DNA from: SAR86 cluster bacterium
GTDB lineage: Bacteria > Pseudomonadota > Gammaproteobacteria > Magnimaribacterales > D2472
DNA: 64,000 nt
Direction of reading: 5' to 3'
Assembly (NCBI GenBank): GCA_023703615.1
Contig: CP097971.1
Coordinates: 86,315 to 150,314, forward strand
Shown: piece after piece, positions 1 through 10,294 of the stretch
Position numbering within the stretch: position 1 is the stretch's first letter
Layout: every line of letters starts with the position of its first letter
Translations under genes and position numbers: made by a program
The notes under the pieces: model-generated
The model's database searches: none
Seen by the model: the letters and a program-made list of their open reading frames with translations, nothing else
Told to the model about the DNA's origin: nothing

Positions 1-83
1 CCTATAGATTCTAAAAATTCATAATCCACCATATATTGAGTATCTACTAAAGCGTTTCCAAGAGCACTAATATCATATTTCAT
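1..83 (-). CDS. PfkB-family carbohydrate/adenosine kinase, N-terminal fragment cut by the window edge
   Basis: My translation of the minus strand from the ATG at 83..81 gives MKYDISALGNALVDTQYMVDYEFLESIG. The ALGNALVD motif is typical of PfkB/adenosine kinase N-termini. Only 27 codons are visible. Confidence 0.45.
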   Translation of the reverse strand, partial: MKYDISALGNALVDTQYMVDYEFLESI

Positions 84-1373
84 TTAAAAGTCCTTCTTAA
101 TAATTGTTTGAATTTTTTCTAATGTTAATTCTATGTCTTTTTTTGTATGTTTGCTTGAAATAAAGCCTGCCTCAAATTTTGATGGAGCAAAATATATTCC
201 TTTTCCAATACATAAATTAATAAATTTAATAAAGTTACTATCATTTGAACCTACGACATCGCTAAAATTTTTTGGTAAAGTTTTTGCAAAGAAAAAACCA
301 AACATACCTCCAATTTGTGATGAAGAAAATTCAATATCTTTAGTTTTCATTATTTTTTTTATACCATTTAGCAAAGTTTTTGAATTTGTTTCTAGCTTGC
401 TATAAGGATTATTTGCAATTAGTAGTTCAAGAAGGGCCTTTCCTGCAGCCATGGCAAGAGGGTTCCCTGATAATGTTCCAGCCTGGTATACAGGACCTTC
501 TGGAGCGAGATAGTTCATAATTTTTTTATTTCCACCAAAAGCTCCAACTGGAAGTCCTGCACCAATGATTTTTCCTAAACAAGTTAAATCTGGTTTGATA
601 CCATATATTTCTTGAGCTCCACCAAGCGATACTCTAAACCCTGTCATTACTTCATCAAAAATTAAAATAGTTTTATTTTCTTTAGAAACTCTTCTTAAAA
701 GCTTTAGAAAATCTTTATCAGCAGGTATAAAACCCATATTACCTGCAATAGGCTCAATTATAATTGCAGCAAGATTTTTTTTGACTTTTTCAAATGTTTT
801 AAGAAACTGTTCTTTGTTATTGAATTCACAAACATGTGTATGTTTTGCTAAATCACTTGGTATCCCAGGAGAATCCGGCAAACCAAAAGTAGAAACTCCA
901 GAACCTGCTTTAATTAAAAGTGAATCGACATGCCCATGATAACAACCATTAAATTTTATAATTTTGTCCTTTTGTGTATAGCCTCTGGCAAGTCTGATTG
1001 CACTCATAGTGGCTTCCGTTCCTGAATTTACCATTCTTATTTTTTGTATAGAAGGCACACATTTTTTTATAAGTTTCGCGGTATCTGATTCTATGCTTGT
1101 AGGAGCACCATAGCTAGTCCCAAGCTCAAGCTGTTTTGATACTGCTTTAATAATTTTTGGGTGCGAGTGACCCATTATCATTGGACCCCATGAACCTATG
1201 AAATCGATATACTTATTATTATCTTCATCAAATAAATAGGCACCTTTAGCTTTTTTAAAAAAAATGGGATTTCCATTTATATTTTTAAAAGCTCTTACAG
1301 GAGAGTTAACGCCACCAGGCATATGTAACTGAGCTTCCTTAAATAGCTCTATAGATTTTTTTATTTTACTCAT
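84..1373 (-). CDS. hemL: glutamate-1-semialdehyde 2,1-aminomutase
   Basis: 429 aa, class III aminotransferase fold. N-terminus SxxLFxxAxxxxPGGVNSPVRAF and length are typical of HemL. Confidence 0.95.
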   Translation of the reverse strand: MSKIKKSIELFKEAQLHMPGGVNSPVRAFKNINGNPIFFKKAKGAYLFDEDNNKYIDFIGSWGPMIMGHSHPKIIKAVSKQLELGTSYGAPTSIESDTAKLIKKCVPSIQKIRMVNSGTEATMSAIRLARGYTQKDKIIKFNGCYHGHVDSLLIKAGSGVSTFGLPDSPGIPSDLAKHTHVCEFNNKEQFLKTFEKVKKNLAAIIIEPIAGNMGFIPADKDFLKLLRRVSKENKTILIFDEVMTGFRVSLGGAQEIYGIKPDLTCLGKIIGAGLPVGAFGGNKKIMNYLAPEGPVYQAGTLSGNPLAMAAGKALLELLIANNPYSKLETNSKTLLNGIKKIMKTKDIEFSSSQIGGMFGFFFAKTLPKNFSDVVGSNDSNFIKFINLCIGKGIYFAPSKFEAGFISSKHTKKDIELTLEKIQTIIKKDF

Positions 1374-1882
1374 AGATTTAAATCTTTAGCAAAAGTCTCT
1401 ACTTTTTTCCAATCAGTGAAATCATACGCTTGGGAGGTGTCAGTAGGTCCGTTTGTGATCCACATGATAAATTTTATTGCATATTTATCAATAAATTTAT
1501 ATTTAGGATAGTCTATCTTACCAGCAAAAACTGCAATATTTTTTGGTTTCCATTTAATTTGCTTTAAAAACTTAATCACATAGGGATTAGTTTTAGATGA
1601 ACTTTTTTCAACCTTTCTTGCAACAGCATTGACAGAAAAAAAAGAATTTTCCATAGATTGCAGTAAATTAATATTATTTTTAATGAAATCAAAAACCTCT
1701 TTTCTATATTTACCATATCTAATACTTGCACCTATAACTATTGATTTGTAGTCACTTAAATCATTTATCTGAGATATTGGAATAACTTCAACATTTTGAT
1801 TTGCAGAATATTCAGCTATTTTCTTACAGATAAGTTTCGTGTGACCATCAACTGTTGAGAACGTTATTAAAGATTTTTTCAT
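1370..1882 (-). CDS. hemG: flavodoxin-like protoporphyrinogen IX dehydrogenase (HemG type)
   Basis: 170 aa. Has the FSTxDGxT flavodoxin start and GASIRYGKY motif, collinear with E. coli HemG. Overlaps hemL by 4 nt. Confidence 0.85.
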   Translation of the reverse strand: MKKSLITFSTVDGHTKLICKKIAEYSANQNVEVIPISQINDLSDYKSIVIGASIRYGKYRKEVFDFIKNNINLLQSMENSFFSVNAVARKVEKSSSKTNPYVIKFLKQIKWKPKNIAVFAGKIDYPKYKFIDKYAIKFIMWITNGPTDTSQAYDFTDWKKVETFAKDLNL

Positions 1883-1977
1883 TACTTATATCTTAAAAAT
1901 TAAATTGAATCACTTAAAAAAATAGAGAATTGTACATAATTATATTTTATACTGATACTTAAATTAACTATAAATTT

Positions 1978-2322
1978 ATGGAAAAATTAAATAATCAATC
2001 TTTAGTTTTGACTGATAGTGCCCTTTCTAGAATTAAAACTATCATGAATTCTAACCAAGAACTAAGTTCAAAATTTAGAGTTTATGTAACTGGAGGAGGC
2101 TGTTCCGGTTTCCAGTATGGTTTCAAATTTGATTCAGAGATAGCATTCGATGACGATATCATTGAATTTGAAAATTTTTCTGTGCTTCTAGATTCTATGT
2201 CTTATCCGTATTTATACGGATCAACCTTAGATTTTGTTGAGGATTTATCAGGAGCAAAGTTTGTTGTTAAAAATCCAAATGCAAAAACAACTTGCGGTTG
2301 TGGAGAATCTTTTACTATTTAA
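1978..2322 (+). CDS. erpA: A-type iron-sulfur cluster insertion protein ErpA
   Basis: 114 aa. Has GGGCSGFQY and the C-terminal CGCGESF cysteine ligands. Confidence 0.9.
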   Translation: MEKLNNQSLVLTDSALSRIKTIMNSNQELSSKFRVYVTGGGCSGFQYGFKFDSEIAFDDDIIEFENFSVLLDSMSYPYLYGSTLDFVEDLSGAKFVVKNPNAKTTCGCGESFTI

Positions 2323-3409
2323 ATTTAACCACGTTGCCAAGAAGGCCTTTCGCATTTTCTTTGCTTTTAGTTTGTATTGAAAGAGGTTTATTATTAATCC
2401 TTTTATAACCAAACCATGCGAATGCCATTGATTCTATTGCTTTTGACTCAAAACCTATCTCACTAGATATCACACATTCTTTTTTTGCATGAAAATTAAT
2501 CCTTTCCACTAGCATTTGATTTTTTGTACCGCCGCCACAAAGGATTATTTCTTTATATTTATGATTATTTTTTTTAATTGAATCAATTATAGAGATAGCG
2601 GATAAATCGCATAAGGTTGCTAAGACGTCCTCAGGAGAATGTTGTAATAAGCTTTTTGGTATAAATAAAAAATTAAATAATTCTTTACCTGTTGATTTAG
2701 GAAAAGATGACTTAAAAAATTGGTGGCTAAGCATTTTTTTTAATTCTTTCTGTATTATTTGACCTTTTAATGCAATCGCTCCATTTTTATCAAAAGGAAT
2801 CTTTAGCTTTTTTGAACAATAAGCATCCATGAGTGAATTTGCTGGTCCACAATCTGAACCCCAAATACTAGTTTTTGAGGAAACATAAGAATAATTAGAA
2901 ATACCTCCTAGATTTACCACAACTCTTGGCTGATTTTTTTTGTAGAACAATCTTGTATGAAACTCAGGTACTATTGGCCCGCCCTTACCACCTAAAGCGA
3001 TATGCATCTTTCTAAAATCATTTATTATTGTGAGCTTAGTTTTAGCAGCAATAATATTTGGATCACCTAATTGAATTGTGAAAGGTTTTTTTGAATTAGG
3101 ACTATGCCATATTGTTTGGCCAGATATAGCAACACAGCGTATGTTTGATTTATTAATTTTTGTTTTGTTGATAGCTTCATTAATTGCATTTCCAAAAACT
3201 TCGCCAATTTCTTTATCCAAAGATCCATATTTATCTAGAGATATTTTTCCTAGAGACATCGCTTCCTGAATTTTTAATTGCATTGAAGAAGATATTTTTT
3301 TGCTATGAAAGGCTTTTAATTTAATTGAATTAATAACTTCTATGAAAGATACATCGACAGAATCATGACTTGTTCCGCTCATCGCACCAACATATATATT
3401 GTTATTCAT
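2315..3409 (-). CDS. anmK: anhydro-N-acetylmuramic acid kinase
   Basis: 364 aa. N-terminal GAMSGTSHDSVDV motif. The erpA-anmK-M23-tyrS arrangement matches Pseudomonas. Confidence 0.9.
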   Translation of the reverse strand: MNNNIYVGAMSGTSHDSVDVSFIEVINSIKLKAFHSKKISSSMQLKIQEAMSLGKISLDKYGSLDKEIGEVFGNAINEAINKTKINKSNIRCVAISGQTIWHSPNSKKPFTIQLGDPNIIAAKTKLTIINDFRKMHIALGGKGGPIVPEFHTRLFYKKNQPRVVVNLGGISNYSYVSSKTSIWGSDCGPANSLMDAYCSKKLKIPFDKNGAIALKGQIIQKELKKMLSHQFFKSSFPKSTGKELFNFLFIPKSLLQHSPEDVLATLCDLSAISIIDSIKKNNHKYKEIILCGGGTKNQMLVERINFHAKKECVISSEIGFESKAIESMAFAWFGYKRINNKPLSIQTKSKENAKGLLGNVVKFK

Positions 3410-3413
3410 GTAT

Positions 3414-4646
3414 TTATAGTCTACTAAATTCTTCTAACATTGATTTATTTTTTTCAATGAGTCTATTAAATGATTCTTTATAGTTCTGTTTTATGCCCTC
3501 AGCAGATGGCAAGTTTACTTTTACAGGATCTGTATGTTTTTCACCAATTTTGAATTCATAGTGAAGGTGAGGACCTGTAGCCAAACCAGTGCTGCCAACA
3601 TATCCTATTGTTTGGCCTTGTTTTACCTTTTTTCCATTGTTTAAATTCTTTGCAAAGCCTTCTAAATGACAATATCTTGTTGAATAGTCATTAGAATGCT
3701 TAATTAGAATTTCATTACCACAACCACTTTTTCTACCAATAAATAATATAGTTCCATCACCAGTTGACCTTACCGGTGAGCCTCTTTTTGCTGCATAATC
3801 TACACCATTATGGGCTCTTATGGTATGAAGAATCGGATGCATTCTATTTGGATTAAAATGAGAACTTATGTAAGAAAATTCTAATGGCGCCCTTAAAAAA
3901 GCTTTTTGCATATTATTACCATCGTTGTCAAAATATTGTTTCTTACTATCTTGTACGAATCTATTTGCAAAATATACCTTTCCTTTATTTACAAATTTTG
4001 CAGCAATTATGTCGCCAGTATCAATCCTTTCACCATTTGAAAAACCTGTTTCATAAATTACAAAAAACTCATCGTTATCTCTAATATCAAAGACAAAATC
4101 AATGTCCCAGCCATATATGTATGCTAAATCCATTATGATGCTGTCTGGCATTCCAGAATTCTGAGCCGTTTCATAAAAAGAATTTTCTATTATTCCTTTC
4201 TTATATGATTTGAAATATTCAATATTTTCAACTATTTCTGATATTGATATATTTTCATCAATTTTTATTAAAAGAGAACTTGTATCAGTTTTATTTATTT
4301 TAATATTTATTAAATCATCACCCAGGTAATTAAATACCATCTCATCGCCAGGTTTAATATTTGTTAATTGACCTTTTTTATCTAATCTAAATATTTTATA
4401 GGCTGTATTGAGAGGCACTTTAAACTTTTCAAAAATAATTGATATATTTTCACCATCCGCAACTTCGTAAAAGGCACTACTTTTTATAATATCTATTTCA
4501 TATTTAGTACTTTCTGTTTCTTTAATTATTTCAGATGGAAGAGGTTTATGTGATGAGTCATCTATATAAATTAGAAATATTAGAATTACAGATATTGTAA
4601 AAACTATGAATATTAATTTTTTTGGTATTTTTTTAAAGCCAATCAT
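3414..4646 (-). CDS. M23 family murein endopeptidase (MepM/YebA-like) with N-terminal membrane anchor
   Basis: 410 aa. M23 metal-site motifs HNGVDY and GPHLHYE are present, with an N-terminal TM helix. Confidence 0.85.
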   Translation of the reverse strand: MIGFKKIPKKLIFIVFTISVILIFLIYIDDSSHKPLPSEIIKETESTKYEIDIIKSSAFYEVADGENISIIFEKFKVPLNTAYKIFRLDKKGQLTNIKPGDEMVFNYLGDDLINIKINKTDTSSLLIKIDENISISEIVENIEYFKSYKKGIIENSFYETAQNSGMPDSIIMDLAYIYGWDIDFVFDIRDNDEFFVIYETGFSNGERIDTGDIIAAKFVNKGKVYFANRFVQDSKKQYFDNDGNNMQKAFLRAPLEFSYISSHFNPNRMHPILHTIRAHNGVDYAAKRGSPVRSTGDGTILFIGRKSGCGNEILIKHSNDYSTRYCHLEGFAKNLNNGKKVKQGQTIGYVGSTGLATGPHLHYEFKIGEKHTDPVKVNLPSAEGIKQNYKESFNRLIEKNKSMLEEFSRL

Positions 4647-4724
4647 TTTAATTATTTTAATATTATGTAATTTTCAAGCAACTTTGAGATTTTACTAAAT
4701 CAATAAAAATACTATGATAGTGTT

Positions 4725-5912
4725 ATGAATGATAATTTAAAGTATATCAAACGCGGAACAGATGAGATTCTTAATGAATCTGAATTAAAAAAGAAATTAT
4801 TATCCGGAAAAAAACTCACCATTAAAGCTGGCTTTGATCCAACAGCTCCTGACCTGCATTTAGGACATACTGTTTTAATAAATAAACTTAGACATTTCCA
4901 GGATTTGGGCCATAAAGTTATTTTTTTGATTGGTGACTTTACTGGAAAAATTGGAGATCCATCTGGAAAAAATAAAACAAGACCTTCTCTTAGTGAGAAT
5001 GAGTTAAACAAAAATGCTAAAACTTATGAAAAACAGGTATACAAAATTCTAAAAAAAGATTTAACAGAAATAAAATTTAATTCTGAGTGGTGTAATAAAC
5101 TTGGTGCCGATGGAATTATTTCTTTAGCATCTAAGTATAATGTTGCTAGAATGCTAGAAAGAGATGATTTCAATAAGAGATATACTTCTAATCAAAGTAT
5201 TGCCATTCATGAATTTTTATACCCATTAGTTCAAGGTTATGATTCTGTTGCTCTAGAAGCCGATGTTGAATGTGGAGGCACTGACCAAAAATTCAATTTG
5301 TTAGTTGGTCGTGAACTTCAACGTAATTTTGATCAAGAACCCCAAGTAGTTCTAACTGTTCCAATACTAGAAGGTTTAGATGGAACAAATAAAATGTCAA
5401 AATCGTTGGAAAACTATATTGGTATAAATGAGGAGCCAAATGAAATGTTTGGAAAGATTATGTCAATTTCTGATGATCTTATGTGGAGATGGTTCGAACT
5501 TTTAAGTTTTATACCTGAAGAAGATATTTCTAATTTAAAAAAAGAGGTTAAAGATGGTAAGAATCCAAGAGATGTAAAATTTATCCTTGCAGAAGAACTT
5601 GTGGATAGATTTCATGATAAAGGTGATGGTCAAAAGTGTATGAAGTCTTTTTTAGAAAGATTTCAAAAAGGCAATCTTCCTGAAAAAATTGAAAGTATTT
5701 CTTTAAGCATTGACTCAGAAGAAATTCCTTTAGTAAATCTCCTAAAAGAGTCAAAAATGACATCAAGCACCTCTGAGGCGCTTAGACTTATTGAGCAAGG
5801 AGGAGTAAAGATTGATTCCAATAAGGTTACTGATACCAAATTAAAAATTAAGAAAAATTCAGAAGCTACATATCAGGTAGGCAAAAGAAAATTCCTTAAA
5901 ATTAAGATTTAA
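4725..5912 (+). CDS. tyrS: tyrosine--tRNA ligase (TyrZ/type 2-like)
   Basis: 395 aa. Class I HIGH-type motif (DLHLGH), KMSKS motif and a C-terminal S4 domain. Confidence 0.95.
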   Translation: MNDNLKYIKRGTDEILNESELKKKLLSGKKLTIKAGFDPTAPDLHLGHTVLINKLRHFQDLGHKVIFLIGDFTGKIGDPSGKNKTRPSLSENELNKNAKTYEKQVYKILKKDLTEIKFNSEWCNKLGADGIISLASKYNVARMLERDDFNKRYTSNQSIAIHEFLYPLVQGYDSVALEADVECGGTDQKFNLLVGRELQRNFDQEPQVVLTVPILEGLDGTNKMSKSLENYIGINEEPNEMFGKIMSISDDLMWRWFELLSFIPEEDISNLKKEVKDGKNPRDVKFILAEELVDRFHDKGDGQKCMKSFLERFQKGNLPEKIESISLSIDSEEIPLVNLLKESKMTSSTSEALRLIEQGGVKIDSNKVTDTKLKIKKNSEATYQVGKRKFLKIKI

Positions 5913-8001
5913 TAACCTTCAAGGCGTATCCATATATTTCAGCAATTTGATTAATTGACTTATCTTTTGGTGTTCCAGAGCCATGCCCCGCTCTAGTTTC
6001 AATTCTAATAAGTATAGGATTTCTACAAGCTTGTTTTTCTTGAAGCCTTGCTGCAAATTTAAACGAATGTGATGGAACAACTCTATCATCTCTTTCAGCA
6101 GTGGTAATTAGAGTAGTTGGATAACAAACGTTTTGAATATTATGAAAAGGGGAATATGCTAAGAGATTTTCAAATTCATCTTTGTTTTTTGATGAACCAT
6201 AATCACTTTCCCATGCCCACCCAATTGTGAATTTATTAAATCTAAGCATATCCAATACACCAACCTGTGGAATAGCTACCTTAAAAAGATCAGGGTTCTG
6301 CAACATCGTTGCTGCAACTAATAGTCCGCCATTTGATCTCCCATCAATAGCTGTAGTTTCGGGAGAGCCAATGTTTTGTGAGTGTAAAAATTTTGCTGCA
6401 TAAGCAAAGTCATCAAAAACGTTTTGTTTATTAAATAACATGCCAGCCTCATGCCAAGCATCTCCATATTCAGCTCCTCCTCTTAAGTTCGCAACTGCAA
6501 AAACCCCATTTTGATTTTTCCATGCAGTCTGACTTTTACTAAAATTAGGAAGTATTGAAATGTTAAATCCTCCATAACCATAAATTAGTAATGGAGTAGT
6601 TTTATCAATTTTAAGATTCTTTTTATGACTAATATGAATTGGGATCTCTGTCCCATCTTTTGACTTATAAAATTCTAATTTAGACACATAATCATTAGGG
6701 TTATACCCGTAAAGCTGATCCTTCCAAAAAAGTTCAAAAGATAAATTTGAAAGATCTATTTTATATATTTCTTTTGGAGTAATGTAGTTGCTGATTGCAA
6801 AATAAGAATTTGATTCATCAATACCTCCACTAAATCCGCTTACTGTTCCTTCTTTTGGCAATGAAAGTTTTGAAATTAATTTACCAGATAGATCAAAAAT
6901 ACTAATCTTCGAGAAAGTATTTTCTAAGTAATTAACCACGAAAGAATTATTTACAATATTTACTGACCTGATAGCATTTTTGGATTCTGATATCACTTCA
7001 TTCCACACAAAAGAGTTATTTTTTATTTCTAAATTTACAATCTTGCCATTCGGTGCATTTTCAGTAGTATAAAACCACAAAATATTATCTTTACTGTCAA
7101 TGAAATTATATGCACCAAATAAATCATCAATAATAGGCACAAAGTCACCATTTTTTTTCAAACTTAAATAAATTCTATTTCTTTCATCAGTGCCATCAAA
7201 AATTGACAAAACTTTTATATCACTATCTTTTAAGACACTGATTCCAAAACTCCATCTTGGCTTATCAGAATTTTCATAAATCAAAATGTCATCAGATTGA
7301 TCAGTGCCAACTTTATGAAACATTAGTTGAGGAGACTCATTTATTTCAATCAAAAGTTCTTCATCTGGTTTTCTATATTTTCTGTAATAAAATCCACTAT
7401 CATCACTTTCCCAAGTAGCACCAGAAAATTTTGCCCATTTAATCTCATCTTCGAGAACTTCACCTGTATCTATATTTATAATTTTCCAAGTTCTCCAATC
7501 AGATCCTCCATCAGAGATTGCAAATGCCGCGTGACTTGCATTATTGCTAACACTTATTCCGCTTAAAGATATGGTTCCATCATCTGAAAAAGTATTTGGA
7601 TCAATTAAAACTCTGGCTTTACATTCCTCACAATCTTTAATCATTAACTTGCTTTGTTGAAAAGTGCCATCGTTGAAATAATAAAAAATCTTTCCATTAA
7701 CAACAAATGGAGTTGATATAGATTCGTTCTCCCATATCTTATTTAGGTAGTTTTCAAGATTTTCTTTATACTTATTTTTTTTAATAAAGTTTTCAGTAAA
7801 ATCGTTCTGTCTATTAATCCAATCAATTGATTCAGCGCTTGTAAAATCTTCAAGCCATCTATAAGGATCACTTATTTCAACTCCATGAAGAATTTCAGTA
7901 AAATTTATTTTTTTTGATTTAGGATATGTAAAGTCCTCACTATTACTAGAACAAGAAAGCACAAAACTTATGATGAATAGTTGAACAATAATTTTTTTCA
8001 T
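5902..8001 (-). CDS. prolyl oligopeptidase (S9A family), lipoprotein
   Basis: 699 aa. Lipobox VLSC; catalytic GRSNGGLL serine motif; C-terminal Asp (ERDDRV) and His (AGHG). Confidence 0.9.
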   Translation of the reverse strand: MKKIIVQLFIISFVLSCSSNSEDFTYPKSKKINFTEILHGVEISDPYRWLEDFTSAESIDWINRQNDFTENFIKKNKYKENLENYLNKIWENESISTPFVVNGKIFYYFNDGTFQQSKLMIKDCEECKARVLIDPNTFSDDGTISLSGISVSNNASHAAFAISDGGSDWRTWKIINIDTGEVLEDEIKWAKFSGATWESDDSGFYYRKYRKPDEELLIEINESPQLMFHKVGTDQSDDILIYENSDKPRWSFGISVLKDSDIKVLSIFDGTDERNRIYLSLKKNGDFVPIIDDLFGAYNFIDSKDNILWFYTTENAPNGKIVNLEIKNNSFVWNEVISESKNAIRSVNIVNNSFVVNYLENTFSKISIFDLSGKLISKLSLPKEGTVSGFSGGIDESNSYFAISNYITPKEIYKIDLSNLSFELFWKDQLYGYNPNDYVSKLEFYKSKDGTEIPIHISHKKNLKIDKTTPLLIYGYGGFNISILPNFSKSQTAWKNQNGVFAVANLRGGAEYGDAWHEAGMLFNKQNVFDDFAYAAKFLHSQNIGSPETTAIDGRSNGGLLVAATMLQNPDLFKVAIPQVGVLDMLRFNKFTIGWAWESDYGSSKNKDEFENLLAYSPFHNIQNVCYPTTLITTAERDDRVVPSHSFKFAARLQEKQACRNPILIRIETRAGHGSGTPKDKSINQIAEIYGYALKVIKS

Positions 8002-8029
8002 TTAACAGATATTACTTTATAATCCACTA

Positions 8030-8707
8030 ATGAATCAATTCAAAGAGTCTTGGCATTTCTTGTTAAATAATTTTCAATATTTAATAGTATTAGTTATTCC
8101 GGTATTAGCTGTGGATATTGCAGTTGCAATGATAGTAGCACCTCTTGAAGGTATGTCCCAACCGGAAGATATTTTGGCTTACTTCGAAGGAAACTCTTCT
8201 TTATTTTTTGTAGGACCATTATCTCTTATTATTGGAATTGCATATGTTGGTGGTATTTATAAAGGATTTGATAGTATCACAGGCTCAAATTACGTTAAGC
8301 CATTAGATGCTCTTTTATTGGCTCTTAAGAAGTTTTTCCCTTTGTTAGGCGCAGTCATATTATCAACAATATTAATAATGCTTGGGTTTTTACTTTTAAT
8401 TCTTCCTGGAATATATCTTATGGGTAGATTTTCACTTTATGGTTGTTACATAATGCTTGAGAATAAAGGAGCAATGGAAGCACTTCGTTTATCATGGGAC
8501 AACACTGACGAACATGGAGGAAAGCTCTTTAAGTTTACTCTTACATTTTTAGCTTTGCTTATGATATCTACTCTTATTGTAAATTCACTAATAGATACTG
8601 GTATAGTAAATATTGCAATTTTAGCTTCTTTAGAATATCTATTTATGATTCCACTAGCTTACATATACTTTACTTTATACAAATCCTTTAAAACTTCTCA
8701 AGATTAA
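8030..8707 (+). CDS. multi-pass membrane protein, YciC/UPF0259-like architecture
   Basis: 225 aa with about 5-6 hydrophobic segments. Resemblance to YciC is by architecture only, so function is unknown. Confidence 0.55.
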   Translation: MNQFKESWHFLLNNFQYLIVLVIPVLAVDIAVAMIVAPLEGMSQPEDILAYFEGNSSLFFVGPLSLIIGIAYVGGIYKGFDSITGSNYVKPLDALLLALKKFFPLLGAVILSTILIMLGFLLLILPGIYLMGRFSLYGCYIMLENKGAMEALRLSWDNTDEHGGKLFKFTLTFLALLMISTLIVNSLIDTGIVNIAILASLEYLFMIPLAYIYFTLYKSFKTSQD

Positions 8708-8754
8708 TTGTCGAAAAAACAATTCGAAGGTAGAATGCATCTTCCCATCTAAAT

Positions 8755-8832
<78 letters not shown>

Positions 8833-8859
8833 TTCATAATTTGATATAGTAACCTATTC

Positions 8860-10170
8860 ATGAGTAATAAAAACCAAAAAAATAACATGCGCAAAGTGGC
8901 ACTTACTGCGTTAGCTGGAACTAGTATTGAATGGTATGATTTTTTTCTCTACGGAGCTGCCGCAGCACTTATATTTCCAACAGCTTTTTTTGGAGAAACG
9001 ACTCCAAATACAGCCCTAATCTTGTCTTTGTTAACTTTCGCAGCAGGCTTCATTGCAAGACCAATTGGAGGTATTGTTTTTGGTCATTATGGCGATAGAG
9101 TTGGAAGAAAAAAGACACTTGTAATGGCATTAATTTTAATGGGCGTCTCATCAACCTTGATAGGACTTTTGCCTACCTATGCCATGATAGGTGTTACAGC
9201 ACCTATATTATTAACTTCACTTAGATTTGCTCAAGGTCTTGCGATAGGAGGTCAGTGGGGTGGAGCCATGCTACTAGTTACAGAAAGTGCGCCATCTAAC
9301 CAAAGAGGTTACTATGGAGCTTTTGCACAGGCTGGAGCGCCTGTTGGTGTTATCTTAGCTAACCTTGCTTTTATAGTTACAAGCTCACTCGTCTCAGAAG
9401 AATCTTTTTATTCTTGGGGGTGGCGAATTCCTTTTTTAGCAAGCGCGGTTTTAATTGCTATAAGTATGTATATTCAACTCAATTTAGAGGATACCAAGGC
9501 TTTTAAAGAGTTAAAATTATTAAGAGAAAATAGTAACGAAAATGTTAAAGTAACTAAAAGGTCTCCAATCATTGAGGCATTAAGAAAGTATCCTAAAAGA
9601 ATTGCCTTAGCAGCAGGAGCTTTTCTTTCAATTCAAGTAACTTTTTATATTTTAATAGCTTTCCTTCTTGCATATGGAGCATCAAGTGAGAACATTTCAA
9701 GAGATGATATGTTAACTGCTGTTTTAATAGCATCAGCTATTATGGTTCCAATACAATTTGTTTTTTCTTCGTATTCTGATAGAAACGGAAGAAAAGGAAT
9801 ATTCATGTTAGGAGCAATTCTTACTGGTATATGGGCTTTTGCAATATTCCCACTAGTTGATACTGAAAACTTTTGGCTTATAGTATTAGCAATAACTGGT
9901 GGTCTTATATTTCTTGCAATGATGTATGGACCTCAAGCAGCTTTCTTCACTGAATTATTTAGTACTGAAGTAAGATACTCAGGTGCAACCCTTGGTTATC
10001 AATTTGGTGCAATTCTTGGGGGAGCATTTGCTCCAACAATTGCTGCTTTGTTGTGGAATGATTTTGGTGTGATTTGGGTATCTGTATACATCGCCTTTGC
10101 ATCATTTTTAACACTATTATCTGTTATGGCTTTAACGGAAACATATAAAAATAATTTAAATATAAAATAG
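8860..10170 (+). CDS. MFS transporter, metabolite:H+ symporter (MHS) family
   Basis: 436 aa, 12 TM. Has EWYDFFLYG and GHYGDRVGRKK motifs, as in KgtP/ProP/ShiA-type symporters. Substrate not inferable. Confidence 0.85.
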   Translation: MSNKNQKNNMRKVALTALAGTSIEWYDFFLYGAAAALIFPTAFFGETTPNTALILSLLTFAAGFIARPIGGIVFGHYGDRVGRKKTLVMALILMGVSSTLIGLLPTYAMIGVTAPILLTSLRFAQGLAIGGQWGGAMLLVTESAPSNQRGYYGAFAQAGAPVGVILANLAFIVTSSLVSEESFYSWGWRIPFLASAVLIAISMYIQLNLEDTKAFKELKLLRENSNENVKVTKRSPIIEALRKYPKRIALAAGAFLSIQVTFYILIAFLLAYGASSENISRDDMLTAVLIASAIMVPIQFVFSSYSDRNGRKGIFMLGAILTGIWAFAIFPLVDTENFWLIVLAITGGLIFLAMMYGPQAAFFTELFSTEVRYSGATLGYQFGAILGGAFAPTIAALLWNDFGVIWVSVYIAFASFLTLLSVMALTETYKNNLNIK

Positions 10171-10210
10171 TCATTTCTTTTTTTTAAAAAAAATAATATT
10201 ATTAGGTCAA

Positions 10211-10294
10211 CTGCAAAGGGGTGGTCATAAAGACCTGAGATCTTAAACGAAACTCTTTGAACCTGATCCATATAATAGTGGCGGAGGAATTGCA
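10211..10294 (+). promoter_or_regulatory. TPP (THI-box) riboswitch controlling the downstream TonB-dependent receptor operon
   Basis: Conserved elements in order: AGGGGUG, P3 hairpin GUC-AUAAA-GAC, CUGAGA, ACCUGAUC, P5 CCAU-AUAAUA-GUGG, GCGGAGGAA. P1 is UGCAA (10212-10216) with UUGCA (10290-10294). Confidence 0.8.

Noticed and set aside
4712-5011. 99-aa minus-strand ORF overlapping the 5' part of tyrS. The same pattern occurs in other tracked ORFs, including 133..405, 3078..3269, 7327..7566, 12572..12814, 16474..16779, 22838..23146, 25590..25868, 28466..28720, 36946..37221, 40458..40754, 49546..49830 and 51593..51865.
   Set aside because: These are shadow ORFs on the opposite strand or in alternate frames of well-supported conserved genes. 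They have low-complexity or odd composition and no recognisable motifs. I treat them as non-coding.
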